NCBI GenBank assembly: GCA_965248695.1
Contig: CBDFKD010000002.1
Coordinates: forward strand, 192,001-256,000
Direction of reading: 5' to 3'
Origin: Acidobacteriota bacterium
GTDB taxonomy: Bacteria > Acidobacteriota > UBA890 > WLXD01
Length of the DNA stretch: 64,000 nt
This document shows positions 38,400-47,489 of this stretch, piece by piece; position 1 is the first letter of the stretch; every line of letters starts with the position of its first letter. Under the pieces are notes generated by a model. It saw only the letters and a program-made list of their open reading frames with translations. It had not been told where the DNA came from and made no database searches. Both the position numbers and the translations under genes were made by a program.

Positions 38400-39865
38400 T
38401 GCAATCCTCCGATGGCCAGCAACTCCGCTACCGGCACACGCAGATAGGACAGCACGAGCTCCGGATACAGACCGAGACACAGGGCAAGCAACACCAGCGG
38501 CGCCAGGGTCGCGATCTCACGTCCGTTGAGCTCGAGCGCCAATCCCTCCAGACCCGCATTGGGCTTCCCCATCACCACGCGGTAGAACAGCCACACCATG
38601 TAGGTAGTACCCAGCGCGACCCCCCAGACAGCGGCGACGCCGAGCCATGCTTGCGTCTTGAACGCGCCGCTGACGATGAGGAACTCGCCGACGAAGGAGT
38701 TCAGCCCCGGGAAACCGGTGGCGGCGAGACAAAAGAACGCCAGCAACGTGCTGTAGACCGGCGCCAGCTTGGCGACCCCGCCGTAGTCCTTGATCTCGCG
38801 CGTGTGGGTGCGCTCGTAGATCATCCCGACACAGAGGAACAACGCCGCCGAGATGATCCCGTGGTTGATCATCTGCAGGATTGCGCCCTCCACCCCACTC
38901 TGCTCCAGGGTGAAAATGCCGAGCGTCACGAACCCCATGTGGCTCACGCTGGAATAAGCGATCAGACGCTTCACGTCCGTCTGTACCAGGGTCACGTAGG
39001 CGCCGTAGACGATCGCCACCGCCGACACCAGCAGCATCGGGGTGACGAACAGCTGCACGCCCTCGGGAAGAATGGGCAACGACACCCGCAGAAACCCGTA
39101 GGCGCCCATCTTAAGCAGGATGCCCGCCAAGATCACACTTCCCGCCGTGGGCGCCTCGGTGTGCGCATTCGGCAGCCAGGTGTGCACCGGGAACATCGGC
39201 ACCTTGACGGCGAATGCAGCCAGGAAAGCGGCGAAGAGCCAACCCTGCGTGGCCGGGTCCAGTTGCTGGCGCGCCAACGCGAGCACCCTGAAGTCGAGGG
39301 TGCCAGTCGCTTGGTGGAGCGCGATCATGCCCACCAGCATCAGCACGCTGCCCGCGAGCGTGAAGATGAGGAACTTGACCGAGGCGAAAACTCGGCCCGG
39401 TCCACCCCACACCCCGATAAGCAGAAAGATGGGAATGACGATGAGCTCCCAGAAAACGAAGAACAAGAAGAGGTTGGAGGCCGCGAACAATCCGATCATC
39501 GCGGTCTCGGCGACCAGCAGCGCGGCATAGAACTCACGCTGCTTCGACTGCACTGCGGTCCACGAGACGCTGACGCAGAGCACGCTCAACAGCGCTGCCA
39601 GAAAGATGAACGGTAGGCTGATACCGTCGACGCCCATGCTGTAACTGATGTTCCAGCCCGGGATCCAGGCCGCCGACTCCACGAACTGCAGCGCGCCAGA
39701 GCTCTTGTCGAAGCCCGTATAGAGCGGCGCCGAGACCGCCAAGGTTGCGAGCGTGGTCGCCAGCGCGATCCAGCGCGCCCGCCGTCCGCCGCCAATCAGC
39801 AGGATCACGGCGACGCCCACCAGCGGCAGGAACGTGGCGACCGACAACACCGGATAGTCGGTCAT
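38396..39865 (-). CDS. nuoM: NADH-quinone oxidoreductase subunit M
   Basis: GVDGIS, FFVFWE, KVPMFPVHTWLPNAHTEAPTAGSVILAGILLKMG, FVGEF. Confidence 0.94.
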   Translation of the reverse strand: MTDYPVLSVATFLPLVGVAVILLIGGGRRARWIALATTLATLAVSAPLYTGFDKSSGALQFVESAAWIPGWNISYSMGVDGISLPFIFLAALLSVLCVSVSWTAVQSKQREFYAALLVAETAMIGLFAASNLFLFFVFWELIVIPIFLLIGVWGGPGRVFASVKFLIFTLAGSVLMLVGMIALHQATGTLDFRVLALARQQLDPATQGWLFAAFLAAFAVKVPMFPVHTWLPNAHTEAPTAGSVILAGILLKMGAYGFLRVSLPILPEGVQLFVTPMLLVSAVAIVYGAYVTLVQTDVKRLIAYSSVSHMGFVTLGIFTLEQSGVEGAILQMINHGIISAALFLCVGMIYERTHTREIKDYGGVAKLAPVYSTLLAFFCLAATGFPGLNSFVGEFLIVSGAFKTQAWLGVAAVWGVALGTTYMVWLFYRVVMGKPNAGLEGLALELNGREIATLAPLVLLALCLGLYPELVLSYLRVPVAELLAIGGLQ

Positions 39866-41625
39866 CGAGCCACCACCCAGACAAGCAACGCCACGATTCC
39901 GGCCGCCATGATCAACCCGTATTGCTGCGCGTGGCCGCTAACGGCAGTCTGCACGCCGCGGCTCAACAACTGCGTCAGGCGTCCCATCCCGACGATTCCG
40001 GAGTCCACCACGATGCTGTCGAAGCTGCGCAGGATGCGCGCCGCGCCGAGAACCGGCCGCTGGATGACGAACTCGTAGATCTCGCCCACGAAGCCGTACT
40101 CGAAGCGCGTCAACGGCTTGTTGACCAGCGCCAGGAATCCGACAGAGCCACGCCGATAAAACCAGTCCGTGTCGAGGCTGATCTTGGGCTCCGGATCGAG
40201 GTGCTTGAGCAGCAGGAAGAACCCCAGCGCGGTGAACCCGAGCATGCCCAGGGTGTTGGTGACGTGCGCCAAGGTGTACGGGTGGTACTCGACCGGATTG
40301 GGGAGGTACTGGTATAGGAGGCCGGGAAACAGACCGATCACGGTGCAGGCGACCGCCGCGATGCCCATCGCGGCGAGCATGTTGCCGGGGGGCTCCTGGG
40401 CTCGCACTCCGGAGTCCTTGCCGAAAAACATGTAATACGGGAGCTTCAGACCGGTATGCAGGAAGGTGCCGGCCGAGGCCAGCGTCAGGGTCAGGAAGAT
40501 CGCCGCCATATGCGCTTCACCGGCGGCCGAGACCACCATGGATTTGCTCACGAAGCCGCTGAACAACGGCACCGCCGAGATCGCGAACGCGCCGATCATG
40601 TACAGCCCGAGCGTGATCGGCATGGTGCGGTAGAGGCCGCCCATCTCGCTCAGCTTCCGTAGACCGGTGACCTGTAGCACCGCACCCGCGCCCATGAACA
40701 ACAGCGCCTTGTACAGAATGTGCGCGAAGGCGTGGGCGGTGGCGCCGTTGATGGCGAGCGCGGTGCCGATACCTACCCCACACACCATGTAGCCCACCTG
40801 GCTGATGATGTGGTACGCGAGCAGACGGCGCGCGTCGTTCTCGAGCACCGCGTAGACCACACCATAGACGGCCATCGCCGCCCCCAGCCACACCAGCAAT
40901 TCCGTACCGGCGAAACCGCGAATCAGCACGTAGACCGCCGATTTGGTGGTGAACGCGGTCATGAAAACACCGCCGGTAACGGTCGCCTCGGGGTATGCGT
41001 CAGGCAGCCAGGCACCGAAAGGCGGAACGGCGGCGTTGATGAGAAAGGCGACAAGAATCAGGGTCCAGGCGACGCCGCCCGAGAAGGGCCCCATGTCTCC
41101 GAAAGCGAGCGTTCCGGCCGCTGACCAATGGAGCACGATCCCGGCCAGCAGGAAGAGGCCGCCGACCACATGCACCAGTAGGTAGCGGAATCCCGCCGCA
41201 ACGGCAGATTCCTCGCGTCGCAGCCACACCAGGAAGACCGACGAGACCGCCATGAGCTCCCAGAAGATGTAGAGCGACAGGAAATCACCGGCGAACGTCA
41301 CGCCGAGCGCGCCGCCGGCGTACGTTAGGGCGCTGACGTGCTGGGAGTCGTCGACGACGTGCAGCGCGTAGACCATGCCCACGAAGGCCATGATCGAGAA
41401 CACGTAGGCGAACACCAGGCTCAGGCTGTCGGCACGGCCGAACACCAGCTCCTGGCCGAGGAAGCGCACCACACCGTAGGTCCCCGGTTCCGTGGTCCAG
41501 CAGGCAATGATGGCCGCGGCGGGCAACGCCAGCATCACCGCGCGCCGAATCTGACCCTTGAGCAAGGGCAGAGCCCACGCTCCGAAGATCAGGATCAGCC
41601 CGGGGTGTACCCACTCGAGGCTCAT
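39862..41625 (-). CDS. MrpD-type antiporter subunit with a NuoL-like C-terminal extension
   Basis: WLPDAYPEATVTGGVFMTAFTTKSAVY, GFVSKS; the tail (DSIVVDSGIVGMG...VQTAVSGHAQQYGLIMAAG + TM) resembles the NuoL lateral helix and last TM. Confidence 0.8.
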   Translation of the reverse strand: MSLEWVHPGLILIFGAWALPLLKGQIRRAVMLALPAAAIIACWTTEPGTYGVVRFLGQELVFGRADSLSLVFAYVFSIMAFVGMVYALHVVDDSQHVSALTYAGGALGVTFAGDFLSLYIFWELMAVSSVFLVWLRREESAVAAGFRYLLVHVVGGLFLLAGIVLHWSAAGTLAFGDMGPFSGGVAWTLILVAFLINAAVPPFGAWLPDAYPEATVTGGVFMTAFTTKSAVYVLIRGFAGTELLVWLGAAMAVYGVVYAVLENDARRLLAYHIISQVGYMVCGVGIGTALAINGATAHAFAHILYKALLFMGAGAVLQVTGLRKLSEMGGLYRTMPITLGLYMIGAFAISAVPLFSGFVSKSMVVSAAGEAHMAAIFLTLTLASAGTFLHTGLKLPYYMFFGKDSGVRAQEPPGNMLAAMGIAAVACTVIGLFPGLLYQYLPNPVEYHPYTLAHVTNTLGMLGFTALGFFLLLKHLDPEPKISLDTDWFYRRGSVGFLALVNKPLTRFEYGFVGEIYEFVIQRPVLGAARILRSFDSIVVDSGIVGMGRLTQLLSRGVQTAVSGHAQQYGLIMAAGIVALLVWVVAR

Positions 41626-41631
41626 GGGCGA

Positions 41632-41895
41632 TCAGTCATCATAGTGATCCTCGGGGCGCATCAGCCAGGCTTTGCCGATGAGCTTCGAGACGATGATGAT
41701 GACGGCGCAGGAGACGAGCCCGTAGATCGAGCCGAACGCCGGAAAGCTCTCGAACCCGAAGTGAGGGTGGCCGGGACCGAAGATCAGCGGCAGCACGACC
41801 TCGGCCACCACGATCAATCCCAGCCCGACGTAGAACAACAGCTTGATCCGCGCGAACCGCGCCGGGTCTTCCAGCTGCCTCTCCAGGAAGCTCAT
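41632..41895 (-). CDS. Small two-TM protein of the Mrp-type D-x-D module
   Basis: 87 aa, HPHFGFESFPAFGSIYG...C...LMRPEDHYD; ATGA coupling to the upstream gene. Confidence 0.8.
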   Translation of the reverse strand: MSFLERQLEDPARFARIKLLFYVGLGLIVVAEVVLPLIFGPGHPHFGFESFPAFGSIYGLVSCAVIIIVSKLIGKAWLMRPEDHYDD

Positions 41896-43349
41896 GGCAT
41901 CGCCCTGCCGGCCAATTCCAGAACGATGCCCGGGAAGATCCCCAGGAGCAGGCTCGCCGCCGCGCTGATCAGCAGCGGGGCGACCATCCATGGAACCTCG
42001 CGAACCTCCTCATCGGTGGGGTCCGCCTCCTCGAAATACGCCTTGTAGACGATCGGCCCGAGATATCCGGCGCTCAGCAGCGAGCTCAGCAGGAGAACAC
42101 CCAGCACGACCAGGCTGCCCCTGTCGACCGCCCCGAGGGCAATATTCCACTTCGAGACGAAGCCACTGGTGAGCGGGATGCCGATGATGCTTAGCGAGGC
42201 AAGCGCAAACGCTCCCATGGTCCACGGCATGCGCCGCGCGATGCCCGACAGCTGGCTGATCTCGGTCTTGTGAGTAGAGGCATAGATCGAACCGGCACAC
42301 ATGAACAACGTGATCTTGGAGACCGCGTGGTTGGTGATGTGAGCCGCCCCGCCGAGCACGCCACTGGCGTTCAATAGCGCCGCGCCCAGAACGATGTACG
42401 ACAGCTGGCTGACGGTGGAGAAGGCCAGCCGCGCTTTGAGGTTGTCCTGGCCGAGCGCCAGAAACGACGCCGTCAGGATGGTCACCGAGGCAACCGCCAG
42501 GGCGAGCTGATCGGCACCGATCTGGCGCATGGTGTCGGCGCCGAAGACGAACAGGAAGACCCGCAGCGTCGAGAACACTCCCGTTTTGACCACCGCCACG
42601 GCGTGCAGCAGCGCGCTCACCGGCGTCGGCGCCACCATCGCGGCCGGCAGCCAACTATGAAACGGCATCAACGCGTTCTTGGCAAAACCGAACAGGAACA
42701 GTGCGAAGATCGCGAACAGCAGCGTCGGCTGCTCCGCAGCCTGTGCCGCACCGACGATGCCGCCGCTTCGGAAATCGAGCGTACCGGCGACGTTGTAGAT
42801 CAGGATGATCGCCGGCAGCAGGCAGACCTTTGCCGCGCCCAGCAGGTAGATGATGTACTTGCGCGCCCCTCCCCTCGCCTCGTCGGTTTCCTTGTGCGCC
42901 ACCAACGGGTAGGTGACGAGCGTCAGCCCCTCGTAGAAAAGGAACAGCGTGAACAGATTGGCCGAGAACGCGACCGCCACGGTAGTCGACAGCGCCAGGG
43001 CGAAGCACGCGAAGTAGCGTGTCTGGGCGTGCTCCTCGAGCGTTCGCATGTAGCCGATCGAATAGAACGACGTCAGCACCCAGAGCAACGACGCGCCCGA
43101 GGCAAACAGCAGACCGAAGGCATCGACCCGGAATGCCAACTCGACGCCCGGCAGGAGCCGGAACAGCACCCCTCCCGGCGCTCCACCGGCCAGGACCTCG
43201 GGGATCATCAGCGCGGTCAGAGCGAACATCACGACGCCGGCGGCGATCGACCAGAACTCGCGCAGGTTGGCGCGCCGTTCGCCGGTGCAGGCGATCAGCA
43301 GTGCCCCGACTGCCGGGACCAGTACGATGACTAGCGGAAGCACGTACAT
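41892..43349 (-). CDS. Monovalent cation/H+ antiporter subunit D family protein (MrpD-like)
   Basis: NLREFWS, FLFYE, WLPAAMVAPTPVSALLHAVAVVK, KARLAFSTVSQLSY, GFVSKW. Confidence 0.88.
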   Translation of the reverse strand: MYVLPLVIVLVPAVGALLIACTGERRANLREFWSIAAGVVMFALTALMIPEVLAGGAPGGVLFRLLPGVELAFRVDAFGLLFASGASLLWVLTSFYSIGYMRTLEEHAQTRYFACFALALSTTVAVAFSANLFTLFLFYEGLTLVTYPLVAHKETDEARGGARKYIIYLLGAAKVCLLPAIILIYNVAGTLDFRSGGIVGAAQAAEQPTLLFAIFALFLFGFAKNALMPFHSWLPAAMVAPTPVSALLHAVAVVKTGVFSTLRVFLFVFGADTMRQIGADQLALAVASVTILTASFLALGQDNLKARLAFSTVSQLSYIVLGAALLNASGVLGGAAHITNHAVSKITLFMCAGSIYASTHKTEISQLSGIARRMPWTMGAFALASLSIIGIPLTSGFVSKWNIALGAVDRGSLVVLGVLLLSSLLSAGYLGPIVYKAYFEEADPTDEEVREVPWMVAPLLISAAASLLLGIFPGIVLELAGRAMP

Positions 43350-43359
43350 GCCGACGGCA

Positions 43360-43665
43360 TCACCACTTGAGCTCGGTCAGATCCGCCACGCCTGCCCCGG
43401 GCTTGTTCCGGTTCAGCGCGATCACGAGCCCCAGCCCGACCCCGGCCTCGGCGGCCGCCACGGCGATCACGAAGAGGGCCAGCACCTGGCCACGTGGGTC
43501 ATCGAGGTGCCGGCTGAAGCCGGCAAGGCTGAGGTTCACGGCGTTGAGCATGACCTCGACGGAGACGAACATGAGGATGATGTTGCGCCGGGCGAGAAAG
43601 CCGAAGGCGCCGATTCCGAAGAGGATCGCGCTCAACGCGAGAATCGTGCTGGTGGCCGGAATCAA
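43360..43665 (-). CDS. nuoK: NADH-quinone oxidoreductase subunit K
   Basis: LFGIG...RRN...SVEVMLNAVNL, GQVLALFVIAVAAAEAGVGL. Confidence 0.95.
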   Translation of the reverse strand: MIPATSTILALSAILFGIGAFGFLARRNIILMFVSVEVMLNAVNLSLAGFSRHLDDPRGQVLALFVIAVAAAEAGVGLGLVIALNRNKPGAGVADLTELKW

Positions 43666-44195
43666 GACGACTCTTCCCTCTTCCGCGCCAGCACGACGGC
43701 GCCGACGATGGCCGCCAACAGCACCAAACCCGCAATCTCGAAAGGCAGCGCGAACGGACCGAACAGCGCCATCCCGATGTCCTCGAGCCCGCCGCGCGCA
43801 ACCGCCTCCGTCGCCACCGGGGTTACCGCTGCGGCACCGGCGGCGGCAACGTCAAGAGCGTCGCCCTGTGCGAGCCAGGCCAGGGCCGCGAATGAGAGCC
43901 CTACCGCGACGGCGAATGGCCAGTGCGGTCCGAATCGTGGCCGCGCCTCTTCACCGGGTAGGTCGAGCAACATCAGCACGAAGAGGTAGAAGATCAGTAT
44001 GGCGCCGGCATACACGATGACCTGCACGGCAGCCAGAAACTCGGCGCCGAGCATCAGGAAGATCCCGGCCACGTGAAGGAATAGAGCCAGCACCCAAAGC
44101 ATGCTGTGAACCGGGTTCTTCCGGGTCACGGCCAGGAGCGCGCTCGCAACGCTGGCTACGGCCATGTAGTAGAAGGTTGCCTGTGCGGCAAGCAT
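43662..44195 (-). CDS. nuoJ: NADH-quinone oxidoreductase subunit J
   Basis: KNPVHS, AEFLAAVQVIVYAGAI, PFEIAGLVLLAAIVGA. Confidence 0.94.
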   Translation of the reverse strand: MLAAQATFYYMAVASVASALLAVTRKNPVHSMLWVLALFLHVAGIFLMLGAEFLAAVQVIVYAGAILIFYLFVLMLLDLPGEEARPRFGPHWPFAVAVGLSFAALAWLAQGDALDVAAAGAAAVTPVATEAVARGGLEDIGMALFGPFALPFEIAGLVLLAAIVGAVVLARKREESS

Positions 44196-44394
44196 GTCTC
44201 GCTCGTACCGTCGCTGCAGGGCGAACTGGCGACGGTAGGCCCCGATGCGGAGCCCGCGACCCGGCGGCTGCGAAGCTTCGCGGCCGGGTATTTGTCGCCG
44301 CCGGGCGATTATCGCCGAGCCTCCGATGCGCTTCAAGTCAGGCCCTACGGGCGCCGGCCTTCCGGACCCACGGCAGACTCGACGTACTGAGCCC

Positions 44395-46554
44395 TCAGCT
44401 CACCCAGGCGCCACGATGTTCGATCATCCAGTGCTGCGAATCCAGCCTGTCGACCGCCTCGTTCGGAGGGGCGTACTCACCTTCCGCCGATAGGCACTGG
44501 GCGTTGGCTGTGTCCGACAGGTGCACCGCCAGAATCTGCTGAAGGATTGCCTTACGCATCTCGGGGTCGCGGACCGGCAACAGCACCTCGACACGGCTAT
44601 CGAAGTTCCTCGGCATCAAATCGGCGCTACCGAGGAGCAACTCCGCGTCGCCGCCGTTGCGGAAGTAGTAAAGCCGTACGTGCTCGAGGAAACGGCCAAC
44701 GATGGACGTCACCCGAATGTTGTCGCTGACACCCTCCAGACCCGGCCGCAAACAACAGATACCGCGTACCTGCAGATCGACCTGCACCCCCGCCTGAGAG
44801 GCGCGGTACAGCGCCCGGATACACTCCGCGTCGACGAGCGAGTTCATCTTCATTGCGAGATAGCCGGCTCCATGTCGCCGGTGGGTGGCGATCTCGCGCT
44901 CGATGAGGCCGAGCACTCGCTCACGCATGCCGCCAGGGGCTACCAGCAACTCCTCGTACTCGATGCCGCCGGCGTAACCTGTCAGGGCGTTGAACAGGCG
45001 AGCCGCCTCGGCGCAGATCAACGGATCTGCCGTGAACAGCCCCATGTCGGTGTACAGACGCGCCGTCGTGGCGTTGTAGTTGCCGGTGCTGGCGTGCAGG
45101 TAGTGCACGATGCCCGTTTCCTCCCGTCGCACAACGAGACACAGCTTGGCGTGCGTCTTGAGGCCCACCACCCCATAGACGACGTGCACTCCGGCATCTT
45201 CGAGCGCCCGCGCCCAGACGATGTTGTTGGCCTCGTCGAACCTCGCCTTGAGCTCGACGAGCGCCGCCACCTGCTTGCCGTTCTCCCGCGCGCGCGCCAG
45301 CGCTTCAACCACGGGTGAATCCTGTCCGACCCGGTAGAGCGTCTGCTTGATCGCCAGGACATCCGGATCCTCGGCAGCGGCACGGACGAAGTCGATCACC
45401 GGATCGAAGCTGTCGTAGGGGTGATAGAGCATCACATCGCGTTGTGCGATCGCCGCGAAGATGCCCTCGTCAGCCTGCAGTGCGGCGGGCACCGCCGGAC
45501 TGAAGCGCGGCTCCTTGAGGTCGGGTCGGTCTAGGTCGTTGAGCTCGATCACAGCCGACAGGCCGAGTCGGCCGTATGCCGAGTAGACCTGGAAAGGCGC
45601 GATTCCGAGGTTCTGGATGAGCACTTCGCGCAAGCGAGGCGGGGCCTCGTCGGTGATCTCGAGGCGAACAGCAGAGCCGAACTGACGCAGCCGCAGTCCT
45701 TGCTCGATGCTCGTGAGCAGGTCACCAGCCTCGTCGAGCTCGATCTCCTGATCAGCGTCGCGCGTGACCCGGAAAGGATAGGCAGCAACGATCTCGTGGC
45801 CCGGGAACAACCGTCCGAGGTTGGCCGCGATGACATCTTCCATCCACACGAAGCTGCACTCGGCACCGCCGCGTAGCAGGCCGAGGGACCGTCCGTCGTC
45901 GACGCTGTTCTCGCTCGGCACCGGTAGCAACCGCGGGAAGAACCCGGGAACCTTGACGCGTGCAAAGCGCTCCACGCCGTCGCCATCCTGGACCAGGATG
46001 GCGAGGTTCATGCTCAGGTTCGACACGTGCGGAAAAGGGTGCCCCGGGTCGAACGCCAGCGGCGTGAGCGTGGGGAAGATCTCCTGGCGGAAGTACCGGC
46101 GAACGAGCTTCTGCTGCTTCTTCTTGAGCTCACCGTAGGCGAGTAGGCGAATCCCCTCCGCGGCGAGCTCGTCTTCCATCGCCAGCCAGGTCTTGATGTG
46201 CCGTTCCAGCGACGGCGACAGGACACGACGGATGGCCGCGAGCTGCTCCGAGGGGGTCATTCCGTCGGGTGGGGTAGCCACGACGCCCGCCTGCAGCTGC
46301 TGGCGCAGACCGGACACACGAATCATGAAGAACTCGTCGAGATTGGAAGCAAAGATCGAGGCGAACTTGGCGCGCTCCAGCAGGGGCAGCCTGGGATCCA
46401 TCGCCTCTTCGAGGACGCGGTCGTTGAACTTCAGCCACGAGAGCTCGCGGTTGATGTACAAGCTCGGATGCCGGAGATCGATCTCGGACGATGGCTGAGA
46501 CGCGGCGCGGCGTCGTCTGAGAGACGTGGGCAATTTCGAGGACATGGGTGCCAC
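44395..46554 (-). CDS. ppk1: Polyphosphate kinase 1
   Basis: NRELSWLKFN.RVL, SNLDEFFMIRV, HHPYDSF, IKQTLYR, ELKARFDE, KTHAK, RFLEH, SADLMPRN. Confidence 0.96.
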   Translation of the reverse strand: MAPMSSKLPTSLRRRRAASQPSSEIDLRHPSLYINRELSWLKFNDRVLEEAMDPRLPLLERAKFASIFASNLDEFFMIRVSGLRQQLQAGVVATPPDGMTPSEQLAAIRRVLSPSLERHIKTWLAMEDELAAEGIRLLAYGELKKKQQKLVRRYFRQEIFPTLTPLAFDPGHPFPHVSNLSMNLAILVQDGDGVERFARVKVPGFFPRLLPVPSENSVDDGRSLGLLRGGAECSFVWMEDVIAANLGRLFPGHEIVAAYPFRVTRDADQEIELDEAGDLLTSIEQGLRLRQFGSAVRLEITDEAPPRLREVLIQNLGIAPFQVYSAYGRLGLSAVIELNDLDRPDLKEPRFSPAVPAALQADEGIFAAIAQRDVMLYHPYDSFDPVIDFVRAAAEDPDVLAIKQTLYRVGQDSPVVEALARARENGKQVAALVELKARFDEANNIVWARALEDAGVHVVYGVVGLKTHAKLCLVVRREETGIVHYLHASTGNYNATTARLYTDMGLFTADPLICAEAARLFNALTGYAGGIEYEELLVAPGGMRERVLGLIEREIATHRRHGAGYLAMKMNSLVDAECIRALYRASQAGVQVDLQVRGICCLRPGLEGVSDNIRVTSIVGRFLEHVRLYYFRNGGDAELLLGSADLMPRNFDSRVEVLLPVRDPEMRKAILQQILAVHLSDTANAQCLSAEGEYAPPNEAVDRLDSQHWMIEHRGAWVS

Positions 46555-46635
46555 TGATCGCAGGTGAGCAACGGCCGTCGCACGGGGCAGCGAATCGGCA
46601 GCCGGGCGGGGCCTTAGTGATCTGTAACAGGGGGT

Positions 46636-46911
46636 TAGTGGCCTGTAACAGATGAACGTTGCCTATCGTGGTGGCGAAATGGGTCCGGATGCCAGGCGTA
46701 CCGACGAGACGATGTTTGCCCATCTTCGAGGAGGGGCAACGCCGCAGACAGGCCGATTTCTCCATCATCCTCCGGACAGATGGGCAGTTGCGGGCGATAT
46801 CGGCGTTGCGCCTCCTCGACGATGCTCACTGCATCGCCTTCCTCGCCGCGCCTTGATCTCACCCGCAAATCCCATCTGCGATAGGTAACGTTCATCTGTT
46901 GCAGGCCACTA
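46636..46911. mobile_element. MITE-like element (276 bp) with 33-bp terminal inverted repeats
   Basis: TAGTGGCCTGTAACAGATGAACGTTGCCTATCG (46636-46668) vs 46879-46911, 31/33 match; internal palindromes; no transposase. Confidence 0.7.
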
Positions 46912-46938
46912 GTATAAGGAGCTACCGCCGGAATCACA

Positions 46939-47463
46939 TTGGCACGCGGGAAACGACGCTTGAGAACCCTGTACTTGATGCGGCATGCGAAGTCCGATTG
47001 GGGGGCAACGTTCGAGTCCGATCACGAGCGGCCGATCAATGCTCGTGGGCATGCGGCCGCTACGTCCATGGGACGCTGGATCGCAGAGACCGGGCAGGTG
47101 CCCGCCAGGGTAGTCAGCTCGACGGCCACACGAGCGCGGATGACCGCCGAGATCGCCCATGAGGCAGGTGGATGGGGCACCGACCTCCGGTTCGACGAAG
47201 CCCTCTATGAGGCGCACCCCACGGCGATCTTCCAGGTGATCGGCGCGATCGACGACAGCGTCTCGACCGCGATGCTCGTCGCACATGAGCCGGGAATGTC
47301 GGCCACCGTATCGTTGCTGCTGGGCGCCGCACCGGTGATCTTCCCGACGGCGGCGGTCGCTTGTCTCGACCTGGCGCTGGATTCCTGGTCGCAGATCGAG
47401 CCTGCCTGTGGCCGACTGCGTTGGTTTCTGCCGCCGCGTTTGCTGGCTCCACCCCGAGACTAG
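46939..47463 (+). CDS. sixA: SixA-like histidine phosphatase
   Basis: LMRHAKS, DHERP, SSTATRA, LVAHEPG, FPTA. Start uncertain. Confidence 0.88.
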   Translation: MARGKRRLRTLYLMRHAKSDWGATFESDHERPINARGHAAATSMGRWIAETGQVPARVVSSTATRARMTAEIAHEAGGWGTDLRFDEALYEAHPTAIFQVIGAIDDSVSTAMLVAHEPGMSATVSLLLGAAPVIFPTAAVACLDLALDSWSQIEPACGRLRWFLPPRLLAPPRD

Positions 47464-47489
47464 CGTGGCGCGAACGTCCTAGCAGGCTG

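Noticed and set aside
46622-46651. Pho box upstream of ppk1 (CTGTAAC repeats)
   Set aside because: Spacing is 21 bp rather than 11-bp tandem units, and the repeats are explained by the inverted-repeat element. Not fully excluded.
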